This document shows positions 36,896 through 45,125 of a stretch of 64,000 nucleotides of DNA, in pieces; position 1 is the stretch's first letter, and each line of letters opens with the position of its first letter. Made by a program: the position numbers and the translations under genes. The notes beneath the pieces were generated by a model, which saw nothing but the letters and a program-made list of their open reading frames with translations, was not told the DNA's origin and searched no databases. Origin of the DNA: a virus; the IMG/VR virus record IMGVR_UViG_3300023223_001361, positions 1 through 64,000 of that record; one strand, given 5' to 3'.

Positions 36896-37441
36896 ATGGA
36901 AAAGAAAATTAAAAAAAATCATTATATAAACAATGAAAAATTTCTCAAAGAAATGGTTTCGTGGTTGGAAGATGTCAAAAAAGCTAAGAGGAAAGGTCAA
37001 CCTAGACCGAAAGTTCCTGATTATATTGGCGAATGTTTGTTAGCTATTGCAACTAATCTATCATACAAACCCAACTTTATTAATTATCAGTATCGAGATG
37101 ATATGGTGATGGATGGAGTAGAAAATTGTCTTCAATATATTACTAATTTTGATCCAGAAAAATCTAGTAATCCTTTTTCATATTTTACACAGATATCTTA
37201 TTGGGCATTTGTAAGGAGAATTGAACGAGAAAAAAAACAACTCTATGTAAAATTGAAATCAATTCAAGATAATATTATTCACGATGAAAAAGTAACAGTC
37301 ACTCAATACGGAAGTGATCACGCAAATTCACAGATGGAGCAGTTTATACAACAGTTTGAAGAAAAGAAAAAAGCTAAGAAGAAAGTCAAAGAAAAGAAAT
37401 CCAAGTCGGCCATAACTGATCTTATCAACAGAGTTGATTGA
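36896..37441 (+). CDS. 55: Late-transcription sigma factor gp55
   Basis: HYINNEKF, YIGEC...IA..LS.KPNF.NY.Y...MV.DG.ENC, NPFSYFTQI...AF.RRI. Confidence 0.96.
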   Translation: MEKKIKKNHYINNEKFLKEMVSWLEDVKKAKRKGQPRPKVPDYIGECLLAIATNLSYKPNFINYQYRDDMVMDGVENCLQYITNFDPEKSSNPFSYFTQISYWAFVRRIEREKKQLYVKLKSIQDNIIHDEKVTVTQYGSDHANSQMEQFIQQFEEKKKAKKKVKEKKSKSAITDLINRVD

Positions 37442-37449
37442 AATAGAAT

Positions 37450-38514
37450 ATGAAAATAGCTGTAATCGCGGATACACATTGCGGTGCTCGTAATGATACA
37501 GAAGTATTTAATGCTCATTTTCTTAAATTTTTTCATGAGCAGTTTTTTCCATATCTAGATGAGCATAATATCAAAACTATTATTCATCTTGGCGATGTAT
37601 TTGATCGTCGTAAATATGTTAATCTAAAAACTTTAAGTAGTTGGAAGAATAATGTGTTTGATGCCCTTGAAGAAAGAGGTATCGAAATGCATATTATTAT
37701 TGGAAACCATGATACTTATTTTAAGTCAACTAATGAAGTGAATTCCCCAACAGAACTTTTATCCGAATATTCCAATATTATAGTTCACACAAAACCAACA
37801 ACTATTCAAATAGATGGTTTGGATATTTGTATTTTGCCATGGATCAATGATGATAACTTAGACGATACAGTAAAAGAAATAGAAACCACCAAAGCTGAAA
37901 TCGCAATGGGTCATCTTGAGATACTAGGTTTTGAACAAGTAAAAGGACATATTAATTATGATAAAGGGTTTGACAGAACTCAGTTTAATAAATTTGATGC
38001 TGTATTCAGTGGCCATTATCATCATCGGTCTAATGGGGGGAATATTTGGTATGTCGGATCTCCTTATGGTTTTGTGTGGTCTGATTGGAATGATAGTAGA
38101 GGCTTTCATATACTTGAAACGAAATCCAGAGAAATGGAATTCATTGAAAATCCGAATGAAATCTTCCACAAAATATATTATAGAGATGGTGCAAAAACTT
38201 ACGAAACCATAAGAGATACAGATTATTCTTATATTAAAGATTGTTATGTAAAAGTTATAGTAGAAGAGAAAACAAATCCTTATTTGTTTGAACAGTTTCT
38301 TGATAAACTTTATCAACAAAATCCTGCCGACTTAAATGTAGTTGATGGATATGATGATTTGGATGATGAAGATCCTGAAGCAATTGATCAAGCTAAAGAT
38401 ACTTTGACTATTCTTCGGGAATATATTCATCAGATAGATGTGAGTGAAGATAAGAATGAATTAATAACTCTTATGCATGAGTTGTATAGTGAAGCTGCCG
38501 ATATAGAGGTGTAA
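37450..38514 (+). CDS. 47: Recombination endonuclease subunit gp47 (Mre11-like)
   Basis: DTH.GAR, HLGDVFDRRK, GNHD, GHLE, FSGHYH. Confidence 0.96.
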   Translation: MKIAVIADTHCGARNDTEVFNAHFLKFFHEQFFPYLDEHNIKTIIHLGDVFDRRKYVNLKTLSSWKNNVFDALEERGIEMHIIIGNHDTYFKSTNEVNSPTELLSEYSNIIVHTKPTTIQIDGLDICILPWINDDNLDDTVKEIETTKAEIAMGHLEILGFEQVKGHINYDKGFDRTQFNKFDAVFSGHYHHRSNGGNIWYVGSPYGFVWSDWNDSRGFHILETKSREMEFIENPNEIFHKIYYRDGAKTYETIRDTDYSYIKDCYVKVIVEEKTNPYLFEQFLDKLYQQNPADLNVVDGYDDLDDEDPEAIDQAKDTLTILREYIHQIDVSEDKNELITLMHELYSEAADIEV

Positions 38515-38515
38515 T

Positions 38516-38848
38516 GTGGATAATACTATTAGTATACACGTTAAAGAAAAGGAAATTTGTCGAATCGATGAACTTGGAATTTGGTTAACAAAATATTCTT
38601 GGTGTCAAGATCCAAAGACTGTTGCTGACTTCCTGTTTGATGTTTTTGAACGGTGTTGGCATGGAAGCTTTCAAAGTAATCCAATATTAAATCGAACAGT
38701 TGATATGAGAGTTGAAAATAAACTAGTATGTTTAATTAGTAGGGATAATATATGGTTCAATTCTGATTTAGTTATACCAGATTACTTTACCGAAGAAACA
38801 ATACGACTATTACAAAAGAGATGGAGAGAAACTTTATCTAAAAAGTAA
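38516..38848 (+). CDS. Hypothetical protein with an internal duplication
   Basis: GAGGTG RBS and GTG start; two ~52-aa halves share a pattern. Confidence 0.6.
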   Translation: MDNTISIHVKEKEICRIDELGIWLTKYSWCQDPKTVADFLFDVFERCWHGSFQSNPILNRTVDMRVENKLVCLISRDNIWFNSDLVIPDYFTEETIRLLQKRWRETLSKK

Positions 38849-38855
38849 TTATACT

Positions 38856-40568
38856 ATGATTTATTTTGAAAAGATTCGATGGAAGAACTTTCTAGCTACT
38901 GGAAATCACTTCATCGAAATCGAACTTGACAAATCTAAGACCAGTATTCTACTTGGTCCGTCTGGGAGTGGTAAGAGCACGTTGCTCGACGCAATGTGTT
39001 TTGCTTTATTTGGTCGTGCCTTCCGAGCGATAAACAGAGATCAATTAGTCAACTCAGTCAATGAAAAGGATTGCTTAGTTGAAATTGAATTCAAAATTGG
39101 AACCAAAGAATATGTGGTGCGACGTGGCATCAAACCAAATATTTTTGAAATCTATCGTAATGATAGAATGATTGAACAGGATGCAAGCGTTCATGATTAC
39201 CAGATGAAGTTAGAGAAACAGATATTAAAGTTTAATCGTAAGACATTTACCCAAATTGTTGTATTGGGAGCATCAAATTTTACACCATTTATGCAATTGA
39301 AGCCTTCAGATAGAAGAATTATTATTGAGGAACTTCTGGATATTGAAATTTTTTCCGTAATGCATAATCTTTTGAAAGAAAGAATTTCTAAGTTGAAAGA
39401 AGAAACTACAGAAAATGAAATGCAAATTAAGATGCTTGAAAAAGAAATAGAATTGCATGAGCAGTATGTTAAAAGTTTAGCAAGCGACAAGAATTCAAAG
39501 ATCGAAAAAAATGAAGAAGATATAGTCGAGAATACTTTACAGATACAAGCATTGCAGAAAATTATTGATGATTCTAAGGATATATTGGATGGTTTAAAGA
39601 AAGATATCGAGGATCAAAAAGAGGTTGATAAAAATATCCAAAAGTTTTATGATTTAGAAGATCAAATCGAACGTAATATCAAGAAGACTAAAAAAGAAAT
39701 AACTTTCTATGAAGATCATGATGATTGCCCAACATGTAATCAACCAATTAATGAACAGTTTAAGTTAGAGGAAATAGGAAGAAAAGAAAATAAGCTTTCT
39801 GATTTTGCTGCTGGTATTAAACAGATTCAAGATAATATATCAACACTCCAAAAAAGATTATGTGATATTTATTCTACTAAAGGTGTAATAAATGACAAAG
39901 AAAGGGAAAGAACTAGAAATATATCTTCTGTAAATGCTTTAAGAAACTATGTCAAGAAATTGGAAGATGAAAACGAAGAGTTAAAGAAACCAAAGAAATC
40001 AATTTCAGATGAAAAGGATAATATTAGAAGTATGTATGGTGATAAAGTTGAGTGTACAGATAAAGCACAATCTTTTTCATATAAAAAAGCTTTGTATGAT
40101 ACCACCTCAAATCTTCTAAGAGATGGTGGAATTAAGTCTAGGATTATAAAACAATACTTGCCTTTAATTAACAAATATGTTAATAAATATCTTAATTCCA
40201 TGAATTTTTTTGTCAGTTTCCATTTGGATGAAGAGTTTAATGAGAGTATAAAATCTAGAGGAAGAGATATTTTTTCTTATGAAAACTTTTCCGAAGGAGA
40301 AAAACAAAGAATTGATTTAGCTTTACTCTTCACTTGGCGTGCAATAGCACGTATGAAAAACTCAGTAAATACTAATTTGCTTATCATGGATGAAGTATTT
40401 GATAGTTATTTGGATAATGCTGCAACTGAGAATGTTATTGAGTTATTAAACTCAGATTTGTTTCGCAATACTAATATTTTTGTAATTTCACATAAAGATA
40501 CTATTGCTGATAAATTTCATCGATTAATTCGTTTTACTAAAGTTAAAAGTTTTAGCAGGGTAGAATAA
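38856..40568 (+). CDS. 46: Recombination endonuclease subunit gp46 (Rad50-like ATPase)
   Basis: KNFLATGN, GPSGSGKST, CPTC zinc hook, FSEGEK signature, LIMDEVFD, ISH. Confidence 0.97.
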   Translation: MIYFEKIRWKNFLATGNHFIEIELDKSKTSILLGPSGSGKSTLLDAMCFALFGRAFRAINRDQLVNSVNEKDCLVEIEFKIGTKEYVVRRGIKPNIFEIYRNDRMIEQDASVHDYQMKLEKQILKFNRKTFTQIVVLGASNFTPFMQLKPSDRRIIIEELLDIEIFSVMHNLLKERISKLKEETTENEMQIKMLEKEIELHEQYVKSLASDKNSKIEKNEEDIVENTLQIQALQKIIDDSKDILDGLKKDIEDQKEVDKNIQKFYDLEDQIERNIKKTKKEITFYEDHDDCPTCNQPINEQFKLEEIGRKENKLSDFAAGIKQIQDNISTLQKRLCDIYSTKGVINDKERERTRNISSVNALRNYVKKLEDENEELKKPKKSISDEKDNIRSMYGDKVECTDKAQSFSYKKALYDTTSNLLRDGGIKSRIIKQYLPLINKYVNKYLNSMNFFVSFHLDEEFNESIKSRGRDIFSYENFSEGEKQRIDLALLFTWRAIARMKNSVNTNLLIMDEVFDSYLDNAATENVIELLNSDLFRNTNIFVISHKDTIADKFHRLIRFTKVKSFSRVE

Positions 40569-40765
40569 TGGATTTGCCAATAAAATATACTGTGTTTATC
40601 ACTACCAATAAAATAGGTAGGAGAGCTGTTCATTGGTCAAGTAGCAATCCAAAAGCAAAGGTAACACGTTCAACAATTGCTAAAGATATTCAACAGCTTT
40701 TACCATCGTGGGAAGAAACATGGGGAAAGATATTAAAGATTGAAATAGTTAGGGGTGATTACTAA
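40568..40765 (+). CDS. Hypothetical protein
   Basis: TAATG-coupled on both sides. Confidence 0.6.
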   Translation: MDLPIKYTVFITTNKIGRRAVHWSSSNPKAKVTRSTIAKDIQQLLPSWEETWGKILKIEIVRGDY

Positions 40766-42741
40766 TGGATACAAAAAAGATAGCAGAAATCGAAGCGAAG
40801 CAAGAGCATCTCAAATGGGTCAACAAAAAACTTAAGGAACACTTTGTTGGGATTGACAATATTATAGATGATGTCACAGATAGTCTTGAAGCTTGGTATG
40901 TCATGCCAGAACTTCAGATGCGACCTACTGTTATTTGTTTGTGGGGTATGACTGGTGTCGGCAAAACTGATCTAGTAAATCGTTTGGTAAAACTTCTTGG
41001 TTGGGATGATTCCTTTTTAAAGATTGAACTAGGGGATAGGACAAATTATTTCAAATCTATTCTTTCTCAGTTGAAAGATCAGAGTAATATTATGAATGGT
41101 ACTTCTGGTATTCTTTTATTTGATGAGATACAAAAATTTAGAACTGTTGATGAAGACAGAAAAGAAAAACCTGATGCCGGCTATAGTGATTTTTGGGAAA
41201 TGCTTTCTGATGGTCATATCGACCAACGTCATATTATTAAGGATATTATTGATACCCTTTCAGCAAAGATACGTCAACAGGAAAAAAAGAAAGCTGAAAA
41301 AGCTTTAGGGGAAAACAAAGAAACAAGAAAGAAAGGAATAAATCAGAGTCTTCGAGAGATAATTGGCGGTGGTGATGATGAAGAAGATGTTGAGGAGGAT
41401 GTTGATGTGAAAATATATAGTTACGATGCTGAAAAAATAATTTATTATCTTGGTTTAGATAAGATGCATAGTTCTGATATTACTGGCATTGGTGAAAAAG
41501 AATTGGTAGAATTTTGCAAAAAATTATTGAATAGCTCAAACAAACACTTCTTCGATATGTCAAAGACATTAGTATTTATTTCGGGAAATTTGGATGAAGC
41601 ATACTCATTTGCAAAAACTGTTCAGGATGCTGATACACATGCAGATATTTATCATGAGCTTTCAAAAAAGATTAGTTTTCTTGATATTAAGGAAGCATTA
41701 TTGCAAAGATTTCGTGCTGAGCAGATAGCAAGATTTGGGAATTTTCATTTAGTATATCCTTCTTTATCCAGTAAATCTTATAAGGAGATCATTAAAAGAA
41801 GATTAAAAACAGTTTCGAATAACGTTTTGGATAAACATAATATCGATGTTCAATATGATGATAGTATATACAAATATATTTATGATAATGGTGTTTTTCC
41901 CACACAAGGTACACGCCCTGTGTTTTCTACGATACAAATGGTTGTAGAGAATAATCTTCCAAAGATTTTATTAAATTGTTTCAAAACTTCTATTCTTAAT
42001 GTAAAACTATTTTCCGAAGATGGGAAAATTGTTGCAAAGTATGGTGATAAGACTTTACATATTCCTTATGTTGGTCAAATTGATTCAATTCGGAAGAAGA
42101 AAACACTAGATCAACTTGCGATGGTTAGTGTGCATGAAGCTGGTCATGCTCTTGCAATAGGTAAACTCTTTGGTGTTGCACCATCACAGATTAGCGCACG
42201 AGCCTCTAAGTCTGATGTTGATGGATTTGTTTTCATGCCTTATATTAAAATGTCAAAGGGCAATATATTGAAAAAGATTATATGTGCTTTAGCTGGTCGA
42301 GTAGCAGAAGAATTTTATTTTAAAGATGAAATGATATCTCCTGGTGCTGCTGAAGATATTGCACACGCAACAGAGATGGCTTGTCTCATGATGAACGATT
42401 GGGCAATGACAGAATGTAAAGATGGTATTCCTTATAGAACTGGTACAAGAAATTTTAATGAAAGAGGTAATTATATCCCAACACAGGATGAAATGTATTC
42501 CGATTCAACATTTATTATAAGAGAATCATATAAAAAAGCACAACAAATTATTGAAGAGCATTCGGAGTTGTTGAAAGATTTGGTTGAAATATTGATTCGA
42601 GATACTACTATTAGTCCTGAAAATTTTGTTATATTATGTGATGCTAATGGTATGGATAACATTCGAGTTATGAAAGATGGTGAAGAAATCTCTGACAGTT
42701 ATTCGGATGCCTTAAAAGTGAAGCATGATCGCAAAAACTAA
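40765..42741 (+). CDS. AAA+ ATPase fused to an FtsH-type (M41) zinc protease domain, no membrane anchor
   Basis: Walker A GMTGVGKT, Walker B ILLFDE; C-terminal HEAGHA, LAGRVAEE and GAAEDI as in the FtsH protease domain. Confidence 0.85.
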   Translation: MDTKKIAEIEAKQEHLKWVNKKLKEHFVGIDNIIDDVTDSLEAWYVMPELQMRPTVICLWGMTGVGKTDLVNRLVKLLGWDDSFLKIELGDRTNYFKSILSQLKDQSNIMNGTSGILLFDEIQKFRTVDEDRKEKPDAGYSDFWEMLSDGHIDQRHIIKDIIDTLSAKIRQQEKKKAEKALGENKETRKKGINQSLREIIGGGDDEEDVEEDVDVKIYSYDAEKIIYYLGLDKMHSSDITGIGEKELVEFCKKLLNSSNKHFFDMSKTLVFISGNLDEAYSFAKTVQDADTHADIYHELSKKISFLDIKEALLQRFRAEQIARFGNFHLVYPSLSSKSYKEIIKRRLKTVSNNVLDKHNIDVQYDDSIYKYIYDNGVFPTQGTRPVFSTIQMVVENNLPKILLNCFKTSILNVKLFSEDGKIVAKYGDKTLHIPYVGQIDSIRKKKTLDQLAMVSVHEAGHALAIGKLFGVAPSQISARASKSDVDGFVFMPYIKMSKGNILKKIICALAGRVAEEFYFKDEMISPGAAEDIAHATEMACLMMNDWAMTECKDGIPYRTGTRNFNERGNYIPTQDEMYSDSTFIIRESYKKAQQIIEEHSELLKDLVEILIRDTTISPENFVILCDANGMDNIRVMKDGEEISDSYSDALKVKHDRKN

Positions 42742-44008
42742 GAAAGATTATGATGAAGAATTTCAAGAGTGGTTAAAAAAGAATCCCACTAGTGAAGTTC
42801 CTGATATAGATTTTCATGATACTCGTGAGAAAGTCATAGATATATTGTCTTATGTTTCTCAGATGACTGTTCAGGAATATACTTTGTATGAGAAGTGGCA
42901 AGAAATTCGGAGAAAGTATCCGACAGAAATTATGAGTACTTTAGATCATGATAAATCAACAGAAGTTCTTTTGGATCCTAAAAAGATTTTAGAAGTTAAA
43001 AAATGTAAGAATAGTATTTGGATTCCAGAATCACCTGAAGATTATTTAAAGCTTCAACCGGAAATTCTTTACACAAATAATGGGGAAGAAGCTGATCATC
43101 TTATGACAGAGTGGTCTAATTTGAGGTTATTGATTCACACGATGCCTTATAATAGTGCGGTCGGTCGTAATATGCATTTCATTATCAAAGATAAAGTTTC
43201 AGAAAAATATCTTGGTATTATTTGTATCTCTTCAGATTTTATGGATCTAACCTGTAGAGATAATTATATTGGCTGGACCAGACAGATTAAGACAGATGAG
43301 CGTATGATTAACCATATAGCGATAGGTTCAACTATCGTTCCAACACAACCACTTGGATTTAACTTCTTGGGTGGGAAATTATGCGCTTTACTTTGTCTAT
43401 CTGATGAAGTTCAAACTGCTTGGAAAGACTCATATAATCAGATTTTAGTAGGCTTGACAACTACTTCATTATATGGTACACTATCACAATATAACAGTTT
43501 ACAATACTGGAACAAGCGAGGAGCTACAAAGGGTAGCATCGGATATAATCCGGGTCGCCATTTAAGAAAACAGATGATGTACTGGCTCCAAAAGAATGAG
43601 CCAAGAATGTATTGGGATTGGTATCATGCCATGAATGAAAAGAATCAAAGATCGAAACGGGATTACCGGAATCGAGCTTTGCTTTTTGCTTATAGAAAGT
43701 TTAATATACCAAAGGAATTAATACATACCAAGCATCAACGGGGCGTATATTTTTCCCCTTTGTATAATAATACTTGTGATTTTTTGAGAAAGGAAATAGA
43801 TAAGGATGGTTTGGTGAAGAGAATGGATACTTCCGTCGATCATTTGGTTCAGGTTTGGAAAGATAGATATGCATCAAAGAGAGCAGAAAAGATGGTAAAG
43901 CAAGGAAGATACAATACTGAGACTCTTTTTTATGGTGATTTGATTTATATGGATAATTTTGAGGACGTTAAGGCTAAATATCTTTCTAAAGTAGGTATTG
44001 ATAGATGA
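42725..44008 (+). CDS. DruA/DUF4338-like protein
   Basis: VGRNMHFIIKD..S.KYLG.I..SSD......RD.YIGW, IVPTQP.G.N.LGGKL.ALL, TTTSLYG motifs. Confidence 0.75.
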   Translation: MIAKTKKDYDEEFQEWLKKNPTSEVPDIDFHDTREKVIDILSYVSQMTVQEYTLYEKWQEIRRKYPTEIMSTLDHDKSTEVLLDPKKILEVKKCKNSIWIPESPEDYLKLQPEILYTNNGEEADHLMTEWSNLRLLIHTMPYNSAVGRNMHFIIKDKVSEKYLGIICISSDFMDLTCRDNYIGWTRQIKTDERMINHIAIGSTIVPTQPLGFNFLGGKLCALLCLSDEVQTAWKDSYNQILVGLTTTSLYGTLSQYNSLQYWNKRGATKGSIGYNPGRHLRKQMMYWLQKNEPRMYWDWYHAMNEKNQRSKRDYRNRALLFAYRKFNIPKELIHTKHQRGVYFSPLYNNTCDFLRKEIDKDGLVKRMDTSVDHLVQVWKDRYASKRAEKMVKQGRYNTETLFYGDLIYMDNFEDVKAKYLSKVGIDR

Positions 44009-44094
44009 TTGAGTGGCTTACAGAACCAGCTTTATTTAGTCGATTAGAAATGGCATTAATGTTATTTGGGTTGTATTTGGTTCTTAATAAATAA
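44005..44094 (+). CDS. Putative small membrane peptide (29 aa)
   Basis: ATGA overlap; MIEWLTEPALFSRLEMALMLFGLYLVLNK. Confidence 0.4.
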   Translation: MIEWLTEPALFSRLEMALMLFGLYLVLNK

Positions 44095-44100
44095 TTAAAT

Positions 44101-44174
44101 GCGCTTGTAGTATAATGGCATTATGTCTGCCTTCCAAGCAGAAGACCACAGTTCGATTCTGTGTTGGCGCTCCA
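44101..44174 (+). tRNA. tRNA-Gly(TCC)
   Basis: Cloverleaf: anticodon arm TCTGC-CTTCCAA-GCAGA, T-arm CACAG-TTCGATT-CTGTG, U73 discriminator, encoded CCA. Confidence 0.9.
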
Positions 44175-44182
44175 ACTAAATA
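44175..44182 (+). promoter_or_regulatory. Putative late promoter ACTAAATA
   Basis: xxTAAATA directly upstream of two putative structural genes. Confidence 0.45.
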
Positions 44183-44214
44183 GCAATGTAATAAAATTAA
44201 CTTAGAGGAATAAA

Positions 44215-44445
44215 ATGGCAGAAGGAAAACATGCTTTCGCAATTACGCCGGATGATGGAAACGATTTGCCGGAAGTTGCTTTGAAATTATATGTTGATGT
44301 TGGTGGAGATGTTGTTGTTACTTTGTCTGCTGATACTGTTTCGATAACTTTATCAGTTGCTTCTAATTCGTTTATAGATGATTTGCGGATTAAGAAGGTT
44401 CATGCAGCTGGAACAACTGCAACTGGTTTAATCGGATTTAACTAA
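44215..44445 (+). CDS. Head spike-base-like protein (RcGTA Rcc01079-like), copy 1
   Basis: AFAITPDD..DL.....LYV..GGDV.VT....IKKV.A.GTTAT.L.G pattern; GAGG RBS. Confidence 0.7.
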   Translation: MAEGKHAFAITPDDGNDLPEVALKLYVDVGGDVVVTLSADTVSITLSVASNSFIDDLRIKKVHAAGTTATGLIGFN

Positions 44446-44455
44446 GGAGAAAATA

Positions 44456-44692
44456 ATGGGAGATTCAAGAAATTCGGTAAGCATCACTCCTAATGATGGT
44501 GCCGATTTAACAAATCTTGTTAATAAAATTCGTGTAGATGGGCTTGCTGGAGATGTTGTTGTTACACTTGCTGGTGATTCAACCTCACTAACTTTTGCTC
44601 TTGCTGCTGGAGAATTATTAGAAGGATTTCTAATTAAGAAAGTACACGCAACTGGAACAACTGCAACTGTTTTGGTTGGATTTTACGAGTAA
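44456..44692 (+). CDS. Head spike-base-like protein (RcGTA Rcc01079-like), copy 2
   Basis: Clear paralogue of 44215..44445 (ITP.DG.DL, GDVVVTL, IKKVHA.GTTAT); AAGGAG RBS. Confidence 0.7.
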   Translation: MGDSRNSVSITPNDGADLTNLVNKIRVDGLAGDVVVTLAGDSTSLTFALAAGELLEGFLIKKVHATGTTATVLVGFYE

Positions 44693-44769
44693 ATAATGAA
44701 AAATGTATCTTGTCAATTTTGGTTACTATTGTTACTCGCGTAAGCGAGATAATATAGTTACGATCAAAT

Positions 44770-44845
44770 GGCAGGGTACGCAAACGGTATAGCGGTTAGT
44801 TTTAGAAACTAATGATTGTGGGTCCGAATCCCTCCCCTGCTACCA
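44770..44845 (+). tRNA. tRNA-Leu(TAG), short variable loop
   Basis: Acceptor GGCAGGG/CCCTGCT, anticodon arm TTAGT-TTTAGAA-ACTAA, A73, encoded CCA; T-loop TCCGAAT. Confidence 0.8.
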
Positions 44846-44974
44846 TTCTACCCCAAAAAAGCTGAAAAATCTAATTCCTACAGATTCCGACAAATTATTT
44901 TTCCCAAAATTTTTCCGCAAGGGTCGAAAAAGTAAATTATTTAAATTTTTCAATAATTACGGATATTTAATGTC

Positions 44975-45003
44975 TTGACAAGCTTTATGGGGTATGAGAT
45001 AAT
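44975..45003 (+). promoter_or_regulatory. Sigma70-like early promoter
   Basis: TTGACA-17 nt-GATAAT with extended TG and an AT-rich upstream element. Confidence 0.75.
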
Positions 45004-45027
45004 GATAATGTAATAGGGAGGAAACGA

Positions 45028-45123
45028 ATGAAAAACGACAAAATATTCCCGATTTTTTTGGTGATTTTTGATGTGACAATAATTCTTTTTAATGTTGTTG
45101 CACTAGCAATAACGGTTTATTGA
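45028..45123 (+). CDS. Small single-pass membrane peptide (31 aa)
   Basis: Strong RBS GGGAGG; MKNDKIFPIFLVIFDVTIILFNVVALAITVY. Confidence 0.6.
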   Translation: MKNDKIFPIFLVIFDVTIILFNVVALAITVY

Positions 45124-45125
45124 TA

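Noticed and set aside
42725-44008. Complete Druantia defence system
   Set aside because: No DruE helicase or DruB-D genes in the window; only the DruA-like gene is present.
44770-44845. Amber suppressor tRNA / stop-codon reassignment
   Set aside because: The anticodon reads TAG (decodes CUA, Leu), not CTA. Core genes are intact in the standard code, and TAG ends genes such as gp17 and gp45 at the expected places.
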